DNA of 64,000 bases from Rhodospirillales bacterium (GTDB taxonomy: Bacteria; Pseudomonadota; Alphaproteobacteria; Bin95): positions 1-64,000 of the forward strand of contig JAYQLI010000033.1 in the NCBI GenBank assembly GCA_038143065.1, given 5' to 3'. Positions 11,457-21,668 of this stretch are shown here, in pieces. The translations under genes and the position numbers were made by a program. Numbering within the stretch: the stretch's first letter is position 1; every line of letters begins with the position of its first letter. Under the pieces are notes generated by a model. The model had not been told where the DNA came from, did not search any database, and saw nothing but the letters and a program-made list of their open reading frames with translations.

Positions 11457-14339
11457 TCATTCTAATAAAAGTCAAAAATTTGATTGTTTTGAGATGTTAG
11501 CTTGAGCAAAGCATTGCTGTAGCTGCATTGTTGAGCTAAATTTGTTGTTTTGCGAGACGTTTTGAGGTTTCATTTGTGTATTCGACATCAAAAACTCTTG
11601 AACGCCCCCTGAAGCCAATCTTCAGCGGGTTATTGTCGATAATTGAAGATACTGAAAACTAAGAAAAATATTTTCAAACAGTTGAGTGTTTCAAACGGTT
11701 AATCAAGGCACCAAATTTTGAGAGTTCGGTGGAAGTCTGAGAAATTGCCAATTGAAGGATACTGAAAGCATTTCCAGCATTATTGCAATAGTTTGTAGGT
11801 TGATTTTATCAACTGTGTGCTGTTCTCCCGCTGGGAGATTATCTCGTTCAATATAAATATTATCAAGATACATTTCTGCGCCTAGGAGTTTGCCGCCGGT
11901 GTCATCATATGTGCCATTTATAAAAACGTATTTGTAATTACCACTGGTTTGAACGGTGTGCGAAACAGTTGCCCAGTTTGTCGAGCCTGCCGGGCTTTGA
12001 GTTTCGTTGAGAAGTATCTCAGTCGCGCCAGTGTTAACATCAACTATGTATGCGAATACATCAAAGGAGTCATTTGTGCCTGACGCCTTCCAATCAAATT
12101 TAACCTTTTCACCAGCATTGATTTCTTTAGCTTCAGATGAAACAAGAACAGGCCCGTGAACAATGTCATAGCCATTAACACTTGTCATAGTGCCAGTATC
12201 AAGCTTTATGTAGCCATTTTCAATGCTGAAGCCGGTCTGAATTGTCATCGCCTAAAGTGCCAAAACTCAAGGGCCGGGCGCTATCATCTGTTCCTGGGGG
12301 TGTTTTTAAAAGTTTTTTTATAGTGAGGTTCCAGCGCCGGTTGCAAGATCTGACCCAGCCAGCGTAACGGTTCCACCTGCAGTATAACCTGACCCGCCAG
12401 TTGCGCTCACACTGACATTAGCAGCATTTCCGTTCATAACGATATTATCGGCACCGTCAGTTGCGCCAAGCTGGCTTCCTAAAATAGTAATTTGTTCGCC
12501 CACTTTATAACCACTGCCAGCATTAGTAACACTTACGCTGATATTGGCATCACCAACGGTTACGTCAATATCATCAGCCCCGGAGCTGCCACCAATTAGA
12601 TTTCCAGGAACAGTTATTACGTCACCCGCAGCATATCCAGTTCCTGCATTCGCGAGGCTTATGCTGACGTTAGCGTCACCCACAGTTAGCGCAATATCAT
12701 CACCGCCGTTTTGCGCCAGCGTTACCACCAATGAGATTGCCAAGAATAGTGATTGCTTCACCTCTGACATATCCACTGCCTGCATTTGTTTGGACTATGC
12801 TCACATCTGCGGCGCCAATCGTCAGAATGAGATCTGCCCCTCCACCAATTGATGCCCCTGAAATCTTCAGCTGATCTCCTACATTGTAACCGGAACCAAG
12901 ATTGACTGCTGTTGCATCTATATTGCCAGATCCGTTGATGCTGACGTTGAAAGTGGCTCCACTTCCGCCACCAGTAATGGTTGTGGCTGCAATGTTACCA
13001 TAATTGGTTGAAAAAAGTTCTCCATTGGCTGTGCTGTTACCGGAAGTCTCATTAAATTTCATTTGTCCAATTGAGACTGTATATTTTGCAGAAGTTCCTC
13101 CACCAGCAGGTGCTGACGCCGAAACATTAGTAAAAGTTTGCCCCATCATTGACTGTGTTATTGGTTGTTGAGGATGTAGGTGTGGTAGTCATTTCTCCTA
13201 CCGTTACATTAAACAAAGCACCAGTGCCTGTCCCACCTGTCCCAGCTACATTTGTGAAGCTCTGCCCCATCATCGCAGCGTTACTAGTCGTTGAGGATGT
13301 TGGCGTAATAGTCATTTCTCCAACCGTAACTGTGAATTCAGCAGGAGTGCCACCAGCTGCTGGCGCGGAGCCAGGAATATTAGTGAAAGTTCGGTTCATT
13401 AACGCTGCATTGCCAGTGGTTGTTGAGCTGGAAATTGTCACAGAGCTGAGAGCGCCAACTGTTACATTGAACAAAGTTCCAGTCAAGGCCTGTTCCTCTT
13501 GGACCACTTATACCAGTGTGTGTGACACCATACGTCAATGCAGTATCACTTGTTGTCGATGAGGTGGGGCCACTACTAAATTAGGAACCGCATTATCGAA
13601 GGGGCGAGGTGTAGATCTTCGGGTATTGCAAATCCGGCAATTGTATTCGCAATTGAAACATTGTCTCGGTTGCTTATGTTGGCTGGGCCGGTTGATCCAT
13701 CTTGCCCCAGTTCACCCTTTTGTTGTGGATTTCCCATCCTGGTATTGCACTGACATCAGCTGCAGGGCTCGTAACTGGCGTGGAGGTGTCAAACCCTCCA
13801 TTTGTAAATGTTGTTGTTTCCCAGTATCTTCCAAGTGATGAGCTACTCAGTTCATTGATGCTCAAAAGTATGTGGTCGCCAGCTGAAAAGCCCCTGTTTG
13901 AATAACTTTTCCCTCAAAAGCTTCCGTCTAAAAGGCTGACGCCATTAAACTTTGTGTGAGCGGCAAGGCGGTCCATTTCTTTTATCAGGCCTGCTGACCA
14001 ATTTCTAGATTGTCTCTGTCTCGCGCTGTGTATGTTCCATTTGCAGATTGAACGGCTAGTTCTCTTATTCTGAGCTGCATGTCCAGAATTTGTGATAAGG
14101 AGTTTTCCGCAGTTGCTAATAAGCTAATCATATTGGCTGAATTCCTGATACCTATTTCATAGCTTTTTATCGACCTCAGCCATTTTGTTGCCGACAGCCA
14201 AACCAGCAGCATCATCAGCGGCGCGATTTACGCGCAAGCCAGAAGAGAGACGTTCCATTGAAGTCTGCATTTCTTTATTGGCTTTAACCGCATAGGTCTT
14301 GGCCATCAATGCACCTGCATTGGTGTTGATTATAGTCAA
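11457..14339 (-). CDS. fliC: Giant flagellin (~960 aa) with large repetitive variable region
   Basis: N-terminus TIINTNAGALMA..SMERLSSGLRVNRAADDAAGLAV..IRELAVQSANGT; C-terminus DVEYTNETS..AKQQI..AATAMLAQAN; TTG start with GAGGA RBS; several frameshifts. Confidence 0.92.
12318..13575 (-). repeat. Two arrays of five protein-level repeats each inside flagellin
   Basis: Five units ..TFTN..GG.G.GA.FNVTVG, then five units ..N.GSGY..GD.ITI.G..IGG..D.I..T.G. Confidence 0.85.
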
Positions 14340-14382
14340 AACTGGTCCTCGTTTTATCTGATGAAGTTTTTTTACAGAGTAG

Positions 14383-14409
14383 AGAACGACCAAATTGAGA
14401 TATTATTTA
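14383..14409 (-). promoter_or_regulatory. Putative sigma-28 (FliA) promoter of fliC
   Basis: TAAA-N15-GTCGTTCT about 45 bp upstream of the fliC start; -10 box only a partial match to GCCGATAA. Confidence 0.45.
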
Positions 14410-15006
14410 GCTAGTTAATTTCCGTTTTTTTGAGATTTATATGACTATTGAATGTCATGTTGATAGCAATATAATGATCAAAAATGAAATCCGATTGGTT
14501 ATGTTGTTGAAAAGTTAATCAAGAAAAATTCTCAGAGCTGTTAAAAAGCAGGCACTAGTTTTCGAGCAATCGCAGAGCGAGATGTTTGATCATTTTGTTC
14601 ACTGAAAAGGCATAAGCATTATTAGTGTTTTGAACGAGAGCGCTGGAGACTATTGATCACCGATGGTTTTTGTTGGGTGAGGCATTTTTAGCGGTCGCAG
14701 TTGGTTTTGGAGCTTTTGAGGTTGCTCTCGTCAGCTATTTTTGAAGTTTAGGCAAGAATATCGATATGTTCACGAAATTTTGGCGCTTCTTTATAGAGGT
14801 TAGACACCCGGGCTTCTTTGGTGCTCGCTGCGTTATGAACAAATGCACCACTTATCAATGCACGTGCAGCAAGGAAGTTTTCAGAGGTTACTGCGGATGG
14901 TGCCTGCCTTGGATGATAAATTTGGGCAAGGGGTTTTTGGTGAAACTCTAGCTAAATCAGATAGCCGATTTGATGGCTCTACAGCTTTATTTTCTGACCG
15001 ATAGTT

Positions 15007-15022
15007 TGGCATAGCCCTTGCA
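15007..15022 (+). promoter_or_regulatory. Sigma-54 promoter upstream of fliS
   Basis: TGGCAT-AGCCC-TTGCA, exact -24/-12 spacing. Confidence 0.75.
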
Positions 15023-15185
15023 ATAGTCGTGTTGGCGGGAGCGCCTTCGTCGATCAAAAGCGCTGCATTAGCCTAATGGCCGGATTTGATGCGGGCAATG
15101 CATAAACCATAGACAAACTATAGAGTTTTTACGTTATATGTTCAAGTTAAAGTGTGAAGCCTAATGTCCCAAAAAATATAAAAAG

Positions 15186-15573
15186 ATGACCGATGTTTAT
15201 CAGAGCACAGAGCGCAACGCCCTTGCTGAGACAGAAGACCCGCACAAGCTTGTTCTGATCATGTTTGATGCTCTTATCAAATCGATGGAAATTTATATTG
15301 ATAATATTGACTTAAAGACCGCTGATTTGGAGCTTAGATCGAAACATTTTTCAAGATCGCTTACTATCATCTACTCGCTTCAATCGAGCCTTGATTTTGA
15401 GAGGCGGCGAAATAGCTACAAATCTATTTCAGACATACGAATTTGCGAGGCAAATGATTATCGGAAGCATCAAGGACATGGATGGTGAGGGGCCGAAAAG
15501 GGCCGTGTCGCTATTATCTGATATTCGGGAAGCTTGGGCTCAAATGGGGGAGCAATTAACTGATGAAAAGTGA
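15186..15573 (+). CDS. fliS: Flagellin export chaperone FliS
   Basis: DPHKLVLIMFD..LQSSLDF..GGEIATNL..Y..LLSDIREAW; one frameshift. Confidence 0.9.
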
Positions 15574-15857
15574 TCTTTCTAAACAGTTCGACTCCCTTAA
15601 TAGAGAGATCGTAAAATCAATAAACGCTAAGGACTATGCTCGCGCAACCCTGCTCGATCAAGCAAGGCAATCGATATTGCATGATCTGGCCTCCCTTCGG
15701 ATCTTCAAGCTGTTGACGAGGAGTTTTTTTCTGTTTTGAGCAATCTGCTCGGGAAAACTCAAAACTTATCGTTATTGTTGAACAAGAGATGCAAAAAATT
15801 AGTGGAGAAACTGGACGCTCTATTCGCGCTCACCAAGGCTATGGAAGACATTTGTAG
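15563..15857 (+). CDS. Small helical protein, possibly FliT-like (absent from ORF track)
   Basis: MKSDLSKQFDSLNREIVKSINAKDYARATLLDQARQSILHDL..; overlaps the fliS end; frameshifted. Confidence 0.45.
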
Positions 15858-15896
15858 GCAAAAAATAAAAATTTTATATGCTGCTTTTATCTACAG

Positions 15897-16985
15897 TTAA
15901 GCCAATGGTTTTTGGATCATTAGTTTTTTCATTTTTTCTATCAATGTTGTACGTCTAAGTTTTAAGCTATCCGCAGCCTGGCTAACCATTCCATCGCTTT
16001 CTCAAGTGCTGCTCAATCAGAACAACCTCTACTTCTTGCAGGTGTCTTCTGAGGTCAATATTATCGAAATAAGCGAACCAGTCTTTGTAATGCATTGGGT
16101 GAGGGACTGGAGCTTCTGGGAGCATGGACTCACCTGTAGACGTGCTATCTAGGCCAAAACTCAGTAGCCTCCCAAAGCGCGTCCTGTTCCTCGACGGGAT
16201 CAGGAGCCCGAAGCCTCAATAAATGGTCGCGAACATGTTTGGCTTCAATCTTGCTGCCTGGAAACAAAAGGCAGGCACGTTCCATCACATTGCGTAACTC
16301 TCGAACATTGCCAGGCCACGGATAACGCATAAACCTTGCATTGCGCTATCCTCAAAACTAAGAAGGGAGCTCTTTGCCTTCTTGTTTTGCAAGTGATTTT
16401 TTGAGAGCGTTTATAATCTGTGGTATATCTACGGCGCGCTCAGCAAGGGCTGGGAGCTTGATAGGGAAAACATTAATCCTGTAAAAAAGATCGGCGCGGA
16501 ATTTGCCAAGTTCTATATCAGCTTCGATGTTTTGATGAGTGGCGCAAACAAGCCTCAGATCAATTGGGATGTCTTTTCCACCACCAACCCTTTGGATTAT
16601 GTGGGTTTCAATCGCGCGCAGGAGTTTTGCTTGCAGCGGCAAAGGCATGTCACCTATTTCATCAAGAAATAATGTGCCCCCTGACGCCATTTCAAACCGG
16701 CCAACACGTGTTTTTTCGGCACCAGTAAATGCGCCTTTTTTCATAGCCGAAAAGTTCTGATTCCAGAAGTTCGGCTGGGATACTGAACAGTTGATTGAAA
16801 CCAGTTTTCCTTTTCTGGCTGAAATCTTGTGGATATTCTGGGCGACCAGCTCTTTACCGGTCCCAGTTGCGCCCAAAACCAAAATAGTGGTTTTAGATGG
16901 CGCTGCAATATCGATCAGCCGCCTTACATCGCGCATTAATGCGGATTGGCCAACGAGTTCATTATCAACCACACTGCACACTCAT
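15897..16985 (-). CDS. fleQ: Sigma-54 enhancer-binding flagellar master regulator lacking an N-terminal regulatory domain
   Basis: [34 protein letters not shown]; C-terminal [21 protein letters not shown] typical of FleQ/FlrA. Confidence 0.8.
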
Positions 16986-17036
16986 GTTTGGGTTAAACAT
17001 ACCTTCTGACCTTACCTCTGAACCTTAGACCATAGT

Positions 17037-17091
17037 GTCAGAAAATTGAACAGAAAAAGTATTTGTTCAATCTCAGCGTCAGAAAATTGTA
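17037..17091 (+). promoter_or_regulatory. Paired FleQ-type enhancer boxes
   Basis: GTCAGAAAATTG occurs at 17037 and 17078; resembles the Pseudomonas FleQ box GTCA-N6-TGAC. Confidence 0.55.
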
Positions 17092-17171
17092 GCTATACCG
17101 TCTGATCGTGACGTTTAAAAATAAAACAAGAAAAATCATATACATAAGAGATTTTTTTTTCCCGACAAACT

Positions 17172-17188
17172 TGGCTCGGATTTTTGCC
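17172..17188 (+). promoter_or_regulatory. Possible sigma-54 promoter of the fleT-fliE operon
   Basis: TGGCTCGGATTTTTGCC is one base too long, inside a T homopolymer. Confidence 0.35.
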
Positions 17189-17306
17189 TTTTACCCTTCG
17201 CAGAGTTTTTTTGGGAGACTTGAGACATGGTTAGAGTGTGCATAGAAAGACAGTACTTACCAATCGCCGATGCATTGTGCGACATTTTTAAAATGCGAAT
17301 GGCAGG

Positions 17307-18447
17307 ATGTTGGTATTCGAGGTAATGGTCCTGCTTGAAGCACCTCGTGACAGTTCCACCAAGATTAAAAATATGAGTGAAACCCAACAGTTTTACGACG
17401 TATTTTTATGTGGTGCGGAATTTGCGGGTAAGGTAGGCAACACGGCAGCTATTGTTGACATTGCGCGTAGCATGAAAGCCAAGAAAATTTTGGTTGTTAA
17501 TTCGGATGGTGGCTCTCAATGTTCCATAACTTCCGACATGAATGGAAAATTAATCCATATCACCCTACCAAAAATTGCTGCAAATAAATCAATTTCCCAA
17601 AATTATTGTCTTCAAATTATTGCGACTCTGTGTCTGGATGATGAACATATGCTGTTGCTGATCCAAAAGTCTACAGTTGATGCAACTTGCAAAGCGTGTT
17701 GCGACAACAGACGTAACGGCATTCATCAACGGACCAACCGGCACTGGCAAAGAAGTGCTGGCAAAATTTATCCATAACCACTCACATCGCAAAGAAAATG
17801 CATTTGTTGCGGTCAATTGTGCGGCAATCCCCGAAAACATGCTTGAGGCGATATTATTTGGGCACGAAAAAGGTGCGTTCACTGGTGCCTCAACTGCAAA
17901 TAAAGGGATTTTTCGCGCCGCTGATGGTGGCACATTGCTCCTGGATGAAATTTCTGAAATGCCGTTGTCTCTGCAAGCAAAGCTGCTTCGAGTCTTGCAG
18001 GAGCGAAAAGTCACCTCGCTGGGTAGCCAACGTGAGATTGATGTTGATGTTCGGGTGATTGCGACGACCAACAGGGATATGCTGTTACAATTAATGACGG
18101 AAAATTCCGAGAAGATCTATTCTATCGGTTGAATGTGTTTCCTTTAACGACAAAACATTTAGCCAATCGTATCGACGATATCATACCAATCAGCAGCATC
18201 CTATTGGCACGCCATAGCCCAAATTTGGAAGCCCTTCCTTCATTGATGACGAGGCCACTGACATCTTGCTGTCTTATGGTTGGCCAGGAAATGTACGCGA
18301 ACTGAAAATGTTTTGCAGCGGGCCATTGTTTTGTCATCGGGTGGCAAAATCATGGCTGGCGACATAATGGTCGATGGCACGATCCAAGAGCGCATTACTC
18401 GAAGCATTTCCACGGAAACAATGCTCTCAAGAAACGCAACTGCTTAA
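17307..18447 (+). CDS. fleT: FleT-like sigma-54 activator without C-terminal HTH; start uncertain
   Basis: [44 protein letters not shown]; ends ~45 aa later with no HTH; first gene before fliE. Confidence 0.65.
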
Positions 18448-18464
18448 ATTTTTAGAGGATAAAC

Positions 18465-18779
18465 ATGACGCAAGTTAGTTCAATGGCAGGTCCAATTTCT
18501 TCACTTCGTGCTCAGCTTCGGGCCCAAGCAGATGCCGCGCTCGCCCCCGAGGTTAACAGCACACCATTTACCAGCAGAATGGGCGACGCATTGAAAGAGG
18601 TTGCCAGTGCTCAAAATCAAGCTGCTGATATAACCAAGGCCTACGAGCTGGGTATGGAAAATGATATTTCTAAGGTCATGATTAGCCAACAGGTTTCAAG
18701 CCTCGGATTTCAGCTCACGCTAAATGTAAGAAATAAAATGCTGAGCGCATACAAAGACATCATGAATATGCCGGTTTAG
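18465..18779 (+). CDS. fliE: Flagellar hook-basal body protein FliE
   Basis: C-terminal FQLTLNVRNKMLSAYKDIMNMPV. Confidence 0.95.
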   Translation: MTQVSSMAGPISSLRAQLRAQADAALAPEVNSTPFTSRMGDALKEVASAQNQAADITKAYELGMENDISKVMISQQVSSLGFQLTLNVRNKMLSAYKDIMNMPV

Positions 18780-18846
18780 GCGGGCAGCAATAACAGTATT
18801 TGATGAATTAAGAGATCAACAAAAATAAATTTCAGGACATAAAAAC

Positions 18847-20565
18847 ATGGCCGATGCAGTTGTAAATCAAAGTCGCGAAATGGTTACTAATGACTCGGGC
18901 GTTTTTGCGCAGGCGGGAACATTAGCTGCGCAAGTAAGTCGGATGTATAATCAGCCAGCATTTCAACGCTCGCTGCCGACTATTGTTGCTTTGGCTGTGG
19001 CGGTTCTTGGTCTTGGCGCTTATCTGTGGATGCAGCAGCCGACCCGAACCACACTTTATGCGGGCCTTCCAGAGGCAGAGAAGTCTAGGGTCATAGATGC
19101 GTTACGCAATTCTGGGGTGAGTGTGACGCTTGATCCCGTGACTGGCGATGTTCTGGTGCCTACCGAAAATTATCACAGTTCCCGAATGACATTAGCCGCG
19201 CAAGGGCTTCCAGCTTCAGCTGCAACGGGTTACGAACAGTTGGACTCAATTCAGATGGGCTCGAGCCGCTCAGTCGAGGCTGCCTCGGTTAAAACAATCG
19301 CAGGAGTTGAGCTGGCAAGGTCAATCAGCGAGATTGATTTAGTGCTCAGTGCGCGAGTGCATCTGGCGCTTCCTGATAAGGAGGTCTTTGTTCGTCAGCA
19401 AGCAGAGCCAACAGCGTCTGTGTTTTTGCAGCTTGCAAGAGGGCGTAGCCTTGGCCGTTCAAAAGTTGAGGCGATCACGCATCTGGTATCAGCCTCAGTC
19501 CCAAATTTATCGAAAGAAAATGTATCTGTTGTTGATCAGAATGGCAATTTGCTCTCAAGCGTCAATGGTGGTGTTGAAGGCCGTTTATCTGATGCGCAAC
19601 TTGAACATCGCATCCGCTTGGAGGATATTTATCGGTCGCGCATCACATCACTGCTATCGCCAATTGTTGGGGCAGGCAACATAAATGCTCAGATCAATTT
19701 AGATATTGATTTCACTAGAAGCGAAATTACCGAAGAAATCGTTGATCCAAATGGAAATGCGCTCCGGAGCGAGCAAAGCACGTCTGATAAAACAATGGCA
19801 GCGCAGGCAAAAGGCATTCCAGGTGCGGTTGCTAATACACCGCCAGCACCGGCTGATTTAAATACGCAAAGATCGGCGACTGGGCCAAATGATGAATTGC
19901 GATCACAATCATCGAGCGAGGTAAAAAACTATGAGGTTAGCCGTACTGTATCCAGCACGGTGAACCCGACAAACATAATTCGGAAGATTAATGCAGCGGT
20001 ACTAGTGCGTGAGCGAACTATCATGGATCCAGAGACTGGCCTGCCAACAACGCAAAAAATGACTGAAGGTGAATTGCTCCAAATTGAAAAACTGGTTGCT
20101 GATGCGATTGGCATTAATAAAGAACGTGGGGACAGCCTAACAGTGTCAAGTGCGCCCTTTATGACTGAATTATCTGAGGGTGTCGAAATCCAGTGGTTTG
20201 AGAAGCCCTATATGCGGTCTATTATCAACCAGGCCGGTCTAGTTCTGATCCTTGCGATTGTCATTCTAGGCGTTGTCCGCCCACTGCTGAACCGTATTTT
20301 GATCCCAATCTCGGTTCCAGGCATGCATGGAGCTGCTGGCTCGGAAGATGAAATTGATATTGACCAAATTGAGGTTGGTGAAGGTGAAAGCCTTGAAGAC
20401 ATCAAGGCGAAGCTGAAGCCGAAGAAGGCCTCCATTTCGGCAGAAATGCTTGATACTGCAAACACCTATGATGACAAGGTCGCGGTAATCCGTATGATTG
20501 TTTCTGATGAAGCTGGCCGTGTCTCTAACGTCTTCAAATCAATGATGTCGCGCGATATTGGCTAG
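18847..20565 (+). CDS. fliF: MS-ring protein FliF
   Basis: ELARSI..ARVHLA..PTASV, GIPGAVANTPP, NYEVSRT; two TM segments. Confidence 0.95.
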   Translation: MADAVVNQSREMVTNDSGVFAQAGTLAAQVSRMYNQPAFQRSLPTIVALAVAVLGLGAYLWMQQPTRTTLYAGLPEAEKSRVIDALRNSGVSVTLDPVTGDVLVPTENYHSSRMTLAAQGLPASAATGYEQLDSIQMGSSRSVEAASVKTIAGVELARSISEIDLVLSARVHLALPDKEVFVRQQAEPTASVFLQLARGRSLGRSKVEAITHLVSASVPNLSKENVSVVDQNGNLLSSVNGGVEGRLSDAQLEHRIRLEDIYRSRITSLLSPIVGAGNINAQINLDIDFTRSEITEEIVDPNGNALRSEQSTSDKTMAAQAKGIPGAVANTPPAPADLNTQRSATGPNDELRSQSSSEVKNYEVSRTVSSTVNPTNIIRKINAAVLVRERTIMDPETGLPTTQKMTEGELLQIEKLVADAIGINKERGDSLTVSSAPFMTELSEGVEIQWFEKPYMRSIINQAGLVLILAIVILGVVRPLLNRILIPISVPGMHGAAGSEDEIDIDQIEVGEGESLEDIKAKLKPKKASISAEMLDTANTYDDKVAVIRMIVSDEAGRVSNVFKSMMSRDIG

Positions 20566-20589
20566 TGGGTAATATTTTGAAAGTGAAGG

Positions 20590-21645
20590 GTGATTAATAT
20601 GGCTGCTGCAGCAGAAGAACAAGCGCCAAAAAATGGTGAGTCAACTTTTGATAGGCTAACAGGCACACAAAAATCGGCTATATTAATGATGCTGATTGGT
20701 GAAGATGAAGCCTCAGAAATCCTTCGCAATCTGTCACCCCGTGAGGTGCAGCATTTGGGAACAGCAATGTATTCAGTTCAGGGGCTTGATCAGGAAACAG
20801 TCAATCTTGTTCTTGACGAGTTTCTGGCAATTATTAAAGCGCAAACAAGCCTGGGCATGGGTGCCGGTAACTACATTCGGAACGTTATGACCAAAGCGCT
20901 CGGTGAAGATAAATCACAATCAGTTCTGAGCCGAATTGCCCCCTCAACTAGCGCCAGACCGATTGAAATTCTTGACTGGATGGATGCGCGCTCTATTGCG
21001 GAATTGATTTCGGATGAGCACCCCCAAATTGTTGCGTTGGTGGTCTCTTATCTTGATGCTGGCCAAGCTGCCGATGTGTTGGGACTCTTACCTGAAAATA
21101 TGCAGGCAGAAGTTATTCGCCGGATTGCAACCTTAAAAACAGTTGGGCCTGATGCGCTTCGTGAGCTTGAGGATGTGATGCAGCGAAAATTCAAGGCAAA
21201 TACGTCGCTTCGTGCAACTCAGGTTGGCGGAATTGATGCTGCAGCGCGGATTATGAACTTTACTCAGCAGGCAATGGAAGGCCGAATTATGAAAGATATC
21301 GCCAAAGGCGATAAGGGTCTAATGCTGGCTATTCAAGAGAGCATGTTTGTCTTTGATACGCTAATAATGTCAGATGATAAATCATTGCAAACATTGCTGC
21401 GTTCCGTTGATACAGACCTTCTGATTCTGGCTTTGAAGGGTGCAGATGAGCCGCTTCAAGAAAAGCTGTTCTCCTGTATGTCAAAACGTGCAGCGGCAAA
21501 TATCATGGATGAGATGGAGGCCCTTGGTCCGGTCCGCTTAACCGAAGTGCAAGCGGCACAAAAAGAAATCATCAATGTTGCACGACGCCTGTCGGATGAG
21601 GGCAGCATTGTTCTTGCTGGCCGTGGCGGGGATGATTTTGTCTAG
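20590..21645 (+). CDS. fliG: Motor switch protein FliG
   Basis: EHPQIVA, MFVFD, MSKRAA, GPVRLTEVQAAQ. Confidence 0.97.
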   Translation: MINMAAAAEEQAPKNGESTFDRLTGTQKSAILMMLIGEDEASEILRNLSPREVQHLGTAMYSVQGLDQETVNLVLDEFLAIIKAQTSLGMGAGNYIRNVMTKALGEDKSQSVLSRIAPSTSARPIEILDWMDARSIAELISDEHPQIVALVVSYLDAGQAADVLGLLPENMQAEVIRRIATLKTVGPDALRELEDVMQRKFKANTSLRATQVGGIDAAARIMNFTQQAMEGRIMKDIAKGDKGLMLAIQESMFVFDTLIMSDDKSLQTLLRSVDTDLLILALKGADEPLQEKLFSCMSKRAAANIMDEMEALGPVRLTEVQAAQKEIINVARRLSDEGSIVLAGRGGDDFV

Positions 21646-21668
21646 GCTGGTAATAGGGTGTTGGTGAT

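Noticed and set aside
11340-11770. Short duplications AAAACTAAGAAAAATATTTT (11340, 11655) and AATTGAAG(G)ATACTGAAA (11641, 11751)
   Set aside because: They lie in the garbled zone and interrupt the conserved flagellin C-terminus; probably consensus artefacts.
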